The translations under genes and the position numbers were made by a program. From Planctomycetota bacterium (GTDB lineage: Bacteria; Planctomycetota; MHYJ01; JACQXL01), in contig JAZDMB010000032.1 of assembly GCA_043801445.1 (NCBI GenBank), positions 29,438-93,437 on the forward strand: 64,000 nt of DNA, written 5' to 3'. Under the pieces are notes generated by a model. It was given only the letters and a program-made list of their open reading frames with translations. It did no database searches and was not told the origin of the DNA. Below are positions 1 to 8,761 of this stretch, piece after piece; the first letter of the stretch is position 1, and the number at the start of each line of letters is the position of its first letter.

Positions 1-284
1 CATTCCTTGGCAATAGCCTCACAGTCCTTGATGGTCAGGGTGGATTTAGTTCCCCCGCCAAAGTGAACTCCGCCGGCCTGAGCGCTGCCCGGAAAAATCA
101 TCAGAATATTATTACCCATATTCTTTATCTCTTTTTCAATCATCACCGTAGCGCCTTGACCCACGGCAATAACGGAAATAACCGCGGCTATACCGATAAT
201 AATACCGATGATGGTCAGAGTGGAACGTCCCTTGTTGCGCATCAGCGCTCTTAAGGCGATACGTTGAGAAATAAATATATTCAT
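1..284 (-). CDS. ABC transporter permease, MacB/FtsX family (5' part; gene continues beyond window start)
   Basis: Manual minus-strand translation from ATG at 284 gives MNIFISQRIALRALMRNKGRSTLTIIGIIIGIAAVISVIAVGQGATVMIEKEIKNMGNNILMIFPG... This is an N-terminal TM helix followed by the start of a periplasmic domain, as in MacB/LolC/FtsX permeases. It is missing from the ORF track because there is no stop inside the window. It lies immediately downstream of the ABC ATPase gene. Confidence 0.7.
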   Translation of the reverse strand, partial: MNIFISQRIALRALMRNKGRSTLTIIGIIIGIAAVISVIAVGQGATVMIEKEIKNMGNNILMIFPGSAQAGGVHFGGGTKSTLTIKDCEAIAKE

Positions 285-391
285 CCCGTTTACTCCTTAC
301 CAGTATTAGCAATGTGGCTGAAAATAATTCATTCTAACCACCTGATATTATATCTTTTAATCCCGCTTGCCTTTTTTGGGAGTAACGGGAT

Positions 392-1105
392 TCATATTAT
401 CAACCCATCTCTCATTTGAAATTTCTTCTTGGCAAATGTTGCGATGTCCGGTTCGTGGGTAATCATAACAATCGTCAGCCCCTGCTCGTTCAGTTTCCGG
501 ACTATCTCCATTATTTCCACGCTTGACTTTGAATCCAGATTGCCGGTTGGTTCATCAGCCAGTAAGAATTTAGGCTGATTAACTAAGGCGCGGGCAATTG
601 CCACGCGCTGCTGCTGTCCGCCTGATAACTGGCTGGAATAATGCTTGGTCCGGTCGCCTAAACCCATTTGTTCCAGTATTTCCTTGGCCCGTTGATGTCT
701 TTCCTTGGATGTTAAAGAACTGCCGTAAAAAAGCGGCAATTCAACATTCTCTAATGCCGATGTCCGCGACAATAGATTAAAATTCTGGAATACGAACCCG
801 ATTTTCTTATTGCGTATTTTTGCCCGTTCATCACGGTTAAGTGTGGATATATCAACCCCTTCCATAAAATATTTACCGCTGGTCGGCCGGTCAAGACAAC
901 CAATAATATTCATCAAAGTAGTCTTACCCGAACCTGAAGCACCCATAATAGCGATAAAATCACCTTCGTTAATAATTAGCGAAACACCTCTCAAAGCAGG
1001 AATATCCACTTCGCCAAGTTGATATGTTTTTATAATATTTTCAAGTGAAATAAAAGACTGCATATACTCACTATAAATAAAATTAGTGTCCGCCTCTAAC
1101 ACCAC
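392..1105 (-). CDS. ABC transporter ATP-binding protein, MacB/LolD type
   Basis: Walker A GASGSGKTT, ABC signature LSGGQQQRVAIARAL, Walker B LLADEPTGNLD. The true start is probably the internal Met near 1063 (MQSFISLENIIKTY), just after the adaptor gene stop. Confidence 0.9.
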   Translation of the reverse strand: MVLEADTNFIYSEYMQSFISLENIIKTYQLGEVDIPALRGVSLIINEGDFIAIMGASGSGKTTLMNIIGCLDRPTSGKYFMEGVDISTLNRDERAKIRNKKIGFVFQNFNLLSRTSALENVELPLFYGSSLTSKERHQRAKEILEQMGLGDRTKHYSSQLSGGQQQRVAIARALVNQPKFLLADEPTGNLDSKSSVEIMEIVRKLNEQGLTIVMITHEPDIATFAKKKFQMRDGLII

Positions 1106-2429
1106 GTTGAGGCATAAATGGGAGATTCATTGCTTCCTCACCTTTTTTAATTGTGCCTGTAACCACTTCCTGTCCCTCATTAATATTACCTTTTAATATC
1201 TCGGTAAAAGAACCGTCCGTTATGCCGATTATAATGCTGATAGGTTTCAATTTACCGTCCTCTAAAACCCAGATTTGTTTCTTTATCTGCGCCTCTTTAT
1301 TATTTGTTGATTTGTTTCTGGTCATTCCGCTTCGGCCTTGACGTCCACCGCTTCGCGCTTCTGGCGTTATAACAGAACCATCGGTTTGAACTTGGCCGGT
1401 GCCTGATAACACCGCTGAATCCGAAGAGGTTTCCGTTTCAGTGTCTTTAGGAACCGTTACTTTAGCCATTTCTTCGTCAGAAGGCACAAATCGTAAGGCA
1501 GCATTAGGTATTCGCAAAACATTCTCATTCTTTTCTACTTCAAATGACAGGTTGGCAGTCATGCCCGGCAACAGTTTCTCTCCGGGATTGTCCGCATTGA
1601 TAATTACGGTGTAGGTTACCACATTCGAAACCGTGGTGGGTGAAAGCCGGATTTGTTCCACTTTCCCGACAAATTTATTCTCCGAATAGGCGTCAACCGT
1701 AAATCTTACAAGCTGTTTTAGTGAAATCTTGCCGATATCAGATTCGGCAACGCTCGCCTGAATCTGCACTTCAGTAAGATTATTAGCAATGATAAATAAG
1801 GTTGCGGCAGAAAAACTTGCCACAACAGTCTGCCCCTCATCAACATTCCGTGAAATCACGATGCCGTCAATCGGCGACTTTATAGTCGTATATGATAAAT
1901 TGATTTGTGAATTATTTAATGTGGCCTGCGCCTGTTCCACACCTGCTTTAGCAACTTCAATTTGAGCCAATAAAGAATCGTAGGAGGCGACCGCCGCATC
2001 CAATTCCGATTGTGAAATGAGTTCCCGTTTTGCCAGTTCATTTGAGCGTTCCAGTTCCTTTTTCGCCTGAATCAGACCGGCTTCTACTCTTTTTACATTA
2101 GCAACACTGCTGACCAGGTTGGCTTTGTCCTGCGTCACCCTTGCCTCATAAGGAGCCGGGTCAATCTGGGCAATCAAATCGCCCTCCCTTACCCGAGCGT
2201 TGAAATCTACATATAATTTCTTGATTGGACCGTTAACCTGGGTGCCGACCTGCACTTGTTGCAATGGCTGGACCACACCGCTGGAACTCACCGTCTTAAT
2301 GACCGTACCTTTATCAACCTTGACGGTTTTATATCCGATTATCCCGTTATTCCCGTTACGTAAAAAGAAGAACCACAAGACAGCCCCGATAACGATAATA
2401 GCTACGAGCGCGATAATAATCTTTTTCAT
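1083..2429 (-). CDS. HlyD/MacA-family periplasmic adaptor subunit
   Basis: N-terminal TM anchor, long coiled-coil segment, beta-barrel/lipoyl-like regions. It sits between the OMP and the ABC ATPase. It carries a low-complexity Ser/Thr/Gly-rich insert near the C-terminus. Confidence 0.85.
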   Translation of the reverse strand: MKKIIIALVAIIVIGAVLWFFFLRNGNNGIIGYKTVKVDKGTVIKTVSSSGVVQPLQQVQVGTQVNGPIKKLYVDFNARVREGDLIAQIDPAPYEARVTQDKANLVSSVANVKRVEAGLIQAKKELERSNELAKRELISQSELDAAVASYDSLLAQIEVAKAGVEQAQATLNNSQINLSYTTIKSPIDGIVISRNVDEGQTVVASFSAATLFIIANNLTEVQIQASVAESDIGKISLKQLVRFTVDAYSENKFVGKVEQIRLSPTTVSNVVTYTVIINADNPGEKLLPGMTANLSFEVEKNENVLRIPNAALRFVPSDEEMAKVTVPKDTETETSSDSAVLSGTGQVQTDGSVITPEARSGGRQGRSGMTRNKSTNNKEAQIKKQIWVLEDGKLKPISIIIGITDGSFTEILKGNINEGQEVVTGTIKKGEEAMNLPFMPQRGVRGGH

Positions 2430-2432
2430 AAC

Positions 2433-3809
2433 CTATTTACCTCCTATTGTTTTCTTAATCAATGCCACAGCCGTCTGGTAATCAAACGCAGCCTGAATAT
2501 GGCTGACCCGTGAATTCATTAAAGCCACCTGTGCATCTGTTAATTCTATAGACGACGCCTTGCCTATTTTATAACGTTCGTTAACCAGATTCAGATTCTC
2601 CTCGGCCTGCTGAACCGTCAATTGGGCAAGAGTTAAACGTTCTCCTGCTGATTCTAACTGCGCCACGGCACGGGTAAGATCCAAATAGATTCGTTGCTCC
2701 AGCTCAGCCCGAACGGCTCGAGTTGTCCTCAGATTAGCCACAGCCTTATCTATCTGATTAGTCTTCTGGAACCCGCTGAATATATTCCATCCGAGTGCGC
2801 TGCCTAAAGACCAATTCCAAACCAGCGGGAATTTACTGCCGCTCCAGCCATAACTGCCGTTAAGGGATAACGAAGGATACAAGTCGGCAATAGCCTGGTC
2901 CACCGCAGCTGAAGCACCGCGTTCCTGGGCAAGTTTGGCAACTAATTCCGGCTGGTTTTTCCGGGCAATCTTAATAAGTTTTTTAAAACTATGATTCTTA
3001 AATTCTTCCGGTGGCGGCTCCTGAACGATATAACCGGGGTCTTCAGCCAGACCCAGAGTATTATTAAGAACAGCCCGGGCTGTAGTCAAGGCGTTACGCG
3101 CATTAATCAGGTCAATCCGGGCGGTACCCAAATCAACCTTAGCCTTAGTAATGTCATATTTAATACGACGTCCCACATCGAACAAATTCTGGGTCTGCTC
3201 TAAATGAACCTGAAACTGATGCACCGTCTCTTCAGCCACCCGAACCAATGACTTTTGCTTGATTAGGTCATAGTAAGCCTGACGGGTATTATAAACGATA
3301 TTGTTCTCGGTTGATTTGAGCAGCGCTTCCGTGCTGAGTTTACTTTCGTAAGATTGCCTGATGGAGGCCGGTGTTTTACCGAAATCGTAGATTAGCTGGT
3401 CTAAAGAAACGCTGGCTGAATATGAATCGTTTGTCTTATTACTGGCTGAAGCGACTGTACTATTGCTGGTCCCTTGTCTATAACCGGCACTGGCGTTGAC
3501 AGACGGCAAATAGCCGGCAATAGAATCCTTGAATTGCTTGTCTGCTGACACCAGGCTTTGCCGCGCCTGAACGATTGAAGGATGATAAACCAATGCTATT
3601 TCCAGGGCACGGTTCAGGGAAAGCGGTACATCTTTACTCAGTCCAACCTCAGCCGCGGTAACCGTCCGTTCACCCGCTGAAATCTTTGAGATATCCTGCG
3701 CCTCGCGGGCTGAATGAACGGAAGAACAACCGGAAACTAAAAGGTAAAAAATAACAGAAAAGCAACTGATAATCGTCAGTTTTAGGTTCATCTTGTTTTT
3801 ACAGCTCAT
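2433..3809 (-). CDS. TolC-like outer membrane efflux protein (OEP family)
   Basis: 458 aa with a lipoprotein-type signal (LVSGCSS) and two OEP repeats of coiled-coil/beta-barrel character. It is the first gene of the OMP-adaptor-ATPase-permease operon. The likely start is the internal Met MNLKLTII. Confidence 0.85.
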   Translation of the reverse strand: MSCKNKMNLKLTIISCFSVIFYLLVSGCSSVHSAREAQDISKISAGERTVTAAEVGLSKDVPLSLNRALEIALVYHPSIVQARQSLVSADKQFKDSIAGYLPSVNASAGYRQGTSNSTVASASNKTNDSYSASVSLDQLIYDFGKTPASIRQSYESKLSTEALLKSTENNIVYNTRQAYYDLIKQKSLVRVAEETVHQFQVHLEQTQNLFDVGRRIKYDITKAKVDLGTARIDLINARNALTTARAVLNNTLGLAEDPGYIVQEPPPEEFKNHSFKKLIKIARKNQPELVAKLAQERGASAAVDQAIADLYPSLSLNGSYGWSGSKFPLVWNWSLGSALGWNIFSGFQKTNQIDKAVANLRTTRAVRAELEQRIYLDLTRAVAQLESAGERLTLAQLTVQQAEENLNLVNERYKIGKASSIELTDAQVALMNSRVSHIQAAFDYQTAVALIKKTIGGK

Positions 3810-3814
3810 TATAT

Positions 3815-3930
3815 AACCACAGATTATTTATCCCATTACTGCAAGAAAACTTCGTAACTTCTGCCACGAAGGCACCAAGACACTAAGAATTCTTTGTGTC
3901 TTTGTGGCTAAATTTTACTTGTGCACGTAG
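3815..3930. repeat. Mosaic repeat: CCACAGATTATTTATCCCAT motif, AAGAAAACTTCGTAAC motif and a CACAAAG-family palindrome
   Basis: Each sub-motif recurs elsewhere in the window (17968; 8647 and 47211; 7298, 7817 and 12290). Confidence 0.75.
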
Positions 3931-4174
3931 GGTATACCTTCCTATTTATTAATTATTATATCCAGCATCTCTAACAAGGTCAAGATAAAACAAACTGATT
4001 CACTTCTTGCCCCCTGATAGTAATTCATTTATTATATTAAACCCATCCATTATAAAAAAGTTACGGTTAATATTATACTACACAGCGACTACCGGGAGTG
4101 AAATATAGATTTCATCTTGCCCCGTCCCGATGGACATCGGGACGGGCTGCGAAGCTAATAAAACTTGCTACTGC

Positions 4175-4203
4175 TTGACAGTAATTAATTTATATAGTAT
4201 TAT
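4175..4203 (+). promoter_or_regulatory. Sigma70-like promoter (TTGACA-N17-TATTAT) upstream of the metalloprotease gene
   Basis: Perfect -35 with 17-nt spacer and an AT-rich -10. A MITE-like element lies between it and the ORF. Confidence 0.45.
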
Positions 4204-4269
4204 TTCGTATCCGTAAAATAGGACACGGATTGAAGTTTATCCAGCTGAACCGCAAGACAGATAAATTGT

Positions 4270-4333
4270 TTATAAGGAATCCAGGAAACCAAGATGAAAT
4301 TAATTTTCCTGCTCTCTTAGTCTCCTTATAGAA
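4270..4333. mobile_element. MITE-like element copy 1 (TIR TTATAAGGAATCC / GTCTCCTTATAGAA)
   Basis: Terminal inverted repeats and conserved core AATTAAT. Two further copies at 42907 and 48828. Confidence 0.6.
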
Positions 4334-4405
4334 ATTATCCGCGTTTATCTGTATCCCATTATTAAATTTAATATGACGGGCTCAGAATAATATTACGATT
4401 AACTG

Positions 4406-7330
4406 ATGATGCGTTATTATTTTTATATCTTAATTATCTTGGTTGTTTTGGGCCAAGCAGGTTCTCTTTTTGCCGTTCCGGCGTGTCCCACCCCGTTTAC
4501 CGGCAAACAGCCGGACGGAAAAGAATTTAAAATACACCTCAAAGGTGATGAATGGACAAACTGGACAGAAACAGAGGATGGCTATCCTATAATTATTAAC
4601 AAAAACACGAGGTTCTGGGAATACGGAAAGATTGGGGTATCAAAAAAGCTGTCTCCAACCGGCCAAATCGTTGGAAAAGACGCGCCGGTCGGGATAAACA
4701 AAATATCGGCAAAAGATTTACCTGCCCGACTGGATATCCGGTCAGGCGGGCCCGGAAAAGGTTTCAGGACGCCTCGCCCGAACGCCGGAGGCGGGCAGGC
4801 TGGCGCTTCTTCTCCGACTTCTGAATCACCTCAATCCGCTCCGCTGAATATTATTGGCACACGCAAACTCCTGGTGATTTTAGTCGGTTTTGCTGATAAA
4901 AGTTTAACTACTACTGAAACAAGTTGGGTTGACAGGATTTTTGGAGCAACAAACAGCGCAAAGAAATACTATGATGAAGTTTCCTACAATCAATTTAACC
5001 TTGCTCCGGCTGAAGAAACATATGGCACAATAAATAACGGTATCGTTGTGGTAACTTTGACATCCAATCATCCCAATACCGGAGAGGACACAGACACCCG
5101 AAATCAGCAACTTACCAAAGATGCGATTATAGCGGCTGACCCTTATGTCAATTTTGCGTCCTTTGATAGTAATAGCGATGGAACAATTACAACAAATGAA
5201 CTGAATGTTATGATTATTGCCGCAGGTTATGAAACGGCTTATTCTACTTCATCCACGCCTTCAGTGTGGGCGCATAAATGGGCTATTGACGACATTACCG
5301 CTCCTATAGTGGATGGAAAAACCGTAGGTGCTTATCCGGGTGGTTATACTCAATTCGGTGAATTACATGGCACATCAGTTACTAACCATCAGGCAACCAT
5401 CGGGGTTATTATCCATGAATTTGCCCATGACTGCGGCAACGTCACTACTTACTTAGGATTACCTGACTTCTATGACACTGACAGTACCTCATACGGTATT
5501 GGATACTGGGATTCTATGGCGTCTGGTATGTGGCTACCTACCACAGGAAGTTATCAGGGCGACACGCCTTCTCATTTCAGCGCATGGTGTAAATGGTATT
5601 CAGGATGGGTTACACCAACCCGGATTACTGTTTCTACAAATGGTGTTTCTTTCCCGCAAGTTGAAACAGCCACCGGAGCAGACCACGGAATTAAACAGAT
5701 TTTGAGTAATCCAAACGGACCGGAAATTGGCGGCACCGGTGAATATTTCCTGATTGAAAACAGGCAGAAAACCGGTTATGATGCTGGCCTCCCAGCTGCG
5801 GGCATTCTGATATGGCATATTGATGAAACACAAAATGATAATGATACAGAGACGCGAAAACTTGTAGATTTAGAGGAAGCGGATGGTCTAACCCAGCTTG
5901 ATAATAAAATTAGTAAAGGAGACGCAGGCGACCCTTATCCGGCAACAACTACTAACAGAACATTCAATTATACTTCTAATCCAAATAGCAGACTTTATAG
6001 CGGCTCGGATAGTAATATGAGCGTTACAAATATCAGTGATTCCGGCGCAACAATGACAGCAGATATTAACAATAGCAATACAGACCAACCACCGGTACTG
6101 ACGTCGCCTGGGAATAAGAGTGTTGGCGAAAATGCCTTATTAACTTTTACGTTATCAGCCAGTGACCCGGATGGTGATACAATCAGTTATTCTATGGCAG
6201 GCACGCCGACCGGCTCAACCCTGAATTCCACGACGGGCGCATTTTCATGGACGCCAAACTACTTCCAATCAGGCGTTTATGCAATGACCTTTACCGCCAC
6301 GGCAAATAGCTTATCAGACTCCGAACCGATAAATATCACGGTAAATAATGTCGACCGGCCTCCGGCATTAACCTCGCCGGGTAATAAAAGCATCGATGAA
6401 AATCAGGTGTTAACCTTTACGCTATCCGCGACCGACCCGGATGGCGATACAATCAGTTATTCTATGGCAGGCACACCGACCGGCTCAACCCTCAATTCCT
6501 TGACAGGCGTATTTTCCTGGACGCCGAATTACTTCCAATCAGGCGTTTATCCGGTGACCTTTACCGCCACGGCAAATAGTTTATCAGACTCCAAATCGAT
6601 AACCATCACGGTAAATAATATCGACCGGTCTCCGGCATTAACCTCGCCGGGCAATAAAAGTATCGATGAAAATCAGGTGTTGACCTTTACGCTATCCGCA
6701 ACTGACCCGGATGGCGATACAATCAGTTATTCTATGGCAGGCACGCCGACCGGAACGACCTTGAATTCTGCTACCGGTATCTTCAACTGGACGCCGGATT
6801 ATACCCAGATAGGCATTTACAGTATTACTTTCACGGCAACATCCAATGTTTTATCTGATTCCAAAACCATAACCGTAACAGTATTACTGATACCGCCGGC
6901 TAACCTCACAGCTACCGCTATTTCATCTTATGCGATAAGACTCAACTGGACAGATACATCAATTAACGAAACCGGATTTAAGATAGAACGCAGTCCTGAC
7001 AATATTACCTTCACTCAAATTTCTATGGTCGGCTCCAATATAACCTCTACTCTTGATACAAATCTTTCTGCTGAGACTGATTATTATTACCGTATAAAAG
7101 CTTATAATAGTACGGGTAATTCCGACTATTCTAATGTAGTTTCGGCGACGACATTTGCTCTGATTTCAGCCGGTTCCAGCGGTAAAGGCAGCCACAAGGC
7201 ATTTTCTAAATGCGGTTGTTTGGGAATAGAACCATTATTAATTCTATTTCTTATCAGCCTGTTGGGAATCCGTAAATCGTTCAAGAAAAATAGTAGCCAC
7301 GAAGACACAAAGGCACTAAGAAGAAAGTAA
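4406..7330 (+). CDS. Secreted multidomain zinc metalloprotease (M6/InhA-like HEFAHDCG...LPDFYD) with three cadherin-like/He_PIG repeats, one FN3 domain and a C-terminal hydrophobic anchor
   Basis: Signal peptide MMRYYFYILIILVVLGQAGSLFA. HExxH motif VIIHEFAHDCGNVTTYLGLPDFYD resembles the immune-inhibitor-A M6 family. Three ~94-aa repeats contain DPDGDTISYSMAGTPTGSTLNS. FN3-like segment PPANLTATAISSYAIRLNWTD...YYYRIKAYNSTGNSDYS. C-terminal GIEPLLILFLISLLGIRKSFKK. The last ~12 codons (HEDTKALRRK) are encoded by the dispersed CACAAAG repeat. Confidence 0.85.
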   Translation: MMRYYFYILIILVVLGQAGSLFAVPACPTPFTGKQPDGKEFKIHLKGDEWTNWTETEDGYPIIINKNTRFWEYGKIGVSKKLSPTGQIVGKDAPVGINKISAKDLPARLDIRSGGPGKGFRTPRPNAGGGQAGASSPTSESPQSAPLNIIGTRKLLVILVGFADKSLTTTETSWVDRIFGATNSAKKYYDEVSYNQFNLAPAEETYGTINNGIVVVTLTSNHPNTGEDTDTRNQQLTKDAIIAADPYVNFASFDSNSDGTITTNELNVMIIAAGYETAYSTSSTPSVWAHKWAIDDITAPIVDGKTVGAYPGGYTQFGELHGTSVTNHQATIGVIIHEFAHDCGNVTTYLGLPDFYDTDSTSYGIGYWDSMASGMWLPTTGSYQGDTPSHFSAWCKWYSGWVTPTRITVSTNGVSFPQVETATGADHGIKQILSNPNGPEIGGTGEYFLIENRQKTGYDAGLPAAGILIWHIDETQNDNDTETRKLVDLEEADGLTQLDNKISKGDAGDPYPATTTNRTFNYTSNPNSRLYSGSDSNMSVTNISDSGATMTADINNSNTDQPPVLTSPGNKSVGENALLTFTLSASDPDGDTISYSMAGTPTGSTLNSTTGAFSWTPNYFQSGVYAMTFTATANSLSDSEPINITVNNVDRPPALTSPGNKSIDENQVLTFTLSATDPDGDTISYSMAGTPTGSTLNSLTGVFSWTPNYFQSGVYPVTFTATANSLSDSKSITITVNNIDRSPALTSPGNKSIDENQVLTFTLSATDPDGDTISYSMAGTPTGTTLNSATGIFNWTPDYTQIGIYSITFTATSNVLSDSKTITVTVLLIPPANLTATAISSYAIRLNWTDTSINETGFKIERSPDNITFTQISMVGSNITSTLDTNLSAETDYYYRIKAYNSTGNSDYSNVVSATTFALISAGSSGKGSHKAFSKCGCLGIEPLLILFLISLLGIRKSFKKNSSHEDTKALRRK
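6085..6900 (+). repeat. Three intragenic near-identical ~280-bp tandem repeats inside the metalloprotease gene
   Basis: DNA and protein identity are visibly >85% between copies. Confidence 0.9.
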
Positions 7331-7423
7331 CGGATTTTTTCTTTCATATCTTTGTGGCAAATTAATATAATTTCCGATACTATTAAGGAAAATCTTTACC
7401 CTTAAAGACACAAAGGGAATAAT

Positions 7424-7816
7424 ATGAACTTTGAACCATTATCAGATAGAGAAGAAGAAATAGGAAGCAAAGTTATTGATTCCGCTTATATCATCCATAA
7501 AACTCTTGGCGCCGGTTTATTGGAAAAGGTTTATGAAGTATGCTTTTGCCATGAACTTTCTAAGAGGGGGCTATCATATAAAAGACAAGTAGATATACCG
7601 ATAGTTTACGATGGAATAACTTTTGATGAAGGTTTAAGATTAGACGTACTTATTGAAAATTTAGTAATCTGTGAACTTAAAGCGGTAGATGAAACAAATC
7701 CGGTATGGGAAGCGCAACTATTAAGTCATTTGAAACTTATGAAAAAACGATTGGGTTTCTTGATAAACTTTAATGTTCCCGTTATCAAAGACGGTATTAA
7801 ACGAATAATATTATAG
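7424..7816 (+). CDS. GxxExxY family protein (PD-(D/E)XK nuclease-like fold)
   Basis: 130 aa; GAGLLEKVYEVCF motif and DVLIENLVICELKAV core are typical of the GxxExxY family. The same CACAAAG-type repeat flanks it on both sides. Confidence 0.8.
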   Translation: MNFEPLSDREEEIGSKVIDSAYIIHKTLGAGLLEKVYEVCFCHELSKRGLSYKRQVDIPIVYDGITFDEGLRLDVLIENLVICELKAVDETNPVWEAQLLSHLKLMKKRLGFLINFNVPVIKDGIKRIIL

Positions 7817-7883
7817 ATGTATTTCTTTGTGTCTTGGTGCCTTTGTGGCTAAATTTTATCTTTACAAAAGAAAGGTAAAGAGT

Positions 7884-8438
7884 ATGAATACAAATATGTC
7901 GCATCCGATAACCAATAAAGAAGAACGGCTCTTTAAGGGTTATGTCAAGGAAGTGCCGGATTTCCCTAAGAAAGGAATCCTATTCAGGGATATAACACCA
8001 TTGCTGAGCGACTCGAAAATATTCAAGAAGGTAATCCATAAAATGTGCCAACCCGTAGATGCCAAGTTGGTTGACCGGGTCGCCGGGATAGAATCAAGAG
8101 GATTTATATTGGGCGGCGCAATGGCATTAAATTGGGATGTCGGATTTGTCCCGATAAGAAAAGCAGGCAAACTCCCTTGCGCTACCTACAAAGAAAGTTA
8201 CGGTTTAGAGTACGGGAAAGCCGTAATTGAAATCCATCGGGACGCATTTACTCCCAAACAGAATGTTATATTAGTGGATGATGTCCTAGCTACAGGCGGG
8301 ACAGCCAGAGCGGCTTGTAAGCTGATTGAGAAATGCGGAGCCAAAGTCGTAGCCTGTATCTTTTTAATCGAATTGACGGGCTTGAAAGGAATCCGAAAAC
8401 TGGACAAATATAACGTATTCAGTCTGTTGAAATATTAA
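7884..8438 (+). CDS. apt: Adenine phosphoribosyltransferase
   Basis: PRPP-binding motif VILVDDVLATGGTA and GIESRGFILGGAMA. The ORF track starts at 7827 inside a repeat element; the Met at 7884 (MNTNMSHPITNKEE) is the plausible start. Confidence 0.9.
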   Translation: MNTNMSHPITNKEERLFKGYVKEVPDFPKKGILFRDITPLLSDSKIFKKVIHKMCQPVDAKLVDRVAGIESRGFILGGAMALNWDVGFVPIRKAGKLPCATYKESYGLEYGKAVIEIHRDAFTPKQNVILVDDVLATGGTARAACKLIEKCGAKVVACIFLIELTGLKGIRKLDKYNVFSLLKY

Positions 8439-8454
8439 GTTGAATCCGCCAAAC

Positions 8455-8579
8455 TTGCCCGACTGGCAGGCGGGTCTGCGGTAAACCGTATTGTAAACTT
8501 TCACCACAAAGGCACAAAGAACACAAAGTATTTTTCTCTCTGCGTCTCTGCGGTGAACCTACCCGACTCGTCAGGCAGG
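8455..8579. repeat. Intergenic mosaic: two GC-rich palindromic elements (8455-8477, 8558-8579) flanking a CACAAAG/CTCTGCG heptad hairpin (8496-8556)
   Basis: CTTGCCCGACTGGCAGGCGGG; CACCACAAAGGCACAAAGAACACAAAG...CTCTGCGTCTCTGCGGTG; CCTACCCGACTCGTCAGGCAGG. Confidence 0.8.
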
Positions 8580-8761
8580 TTGTCCCACGGGGTAGTTACA
8601 CTCATTTTATTCAGATAGGACTTGACTTTTATAAAAGTTATTGGTATTTATAAGAAAACTTCGTAACCGCTGATTTGGCGGATTAGGCTGATATTATTAA
8701 TCTTAATCCGTTTAATCTGCATAATCCGCGGTTTCTTTTATACTTTTCTATACTCTAAAAT

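Noticed and set aside
63-254. ORF-track plus-strand ORF 63-254
   Set aside because: It lies antisense inside the MacB/FtsX permease coding region, which translates cleanly on the minus strand. It is low-complexity.
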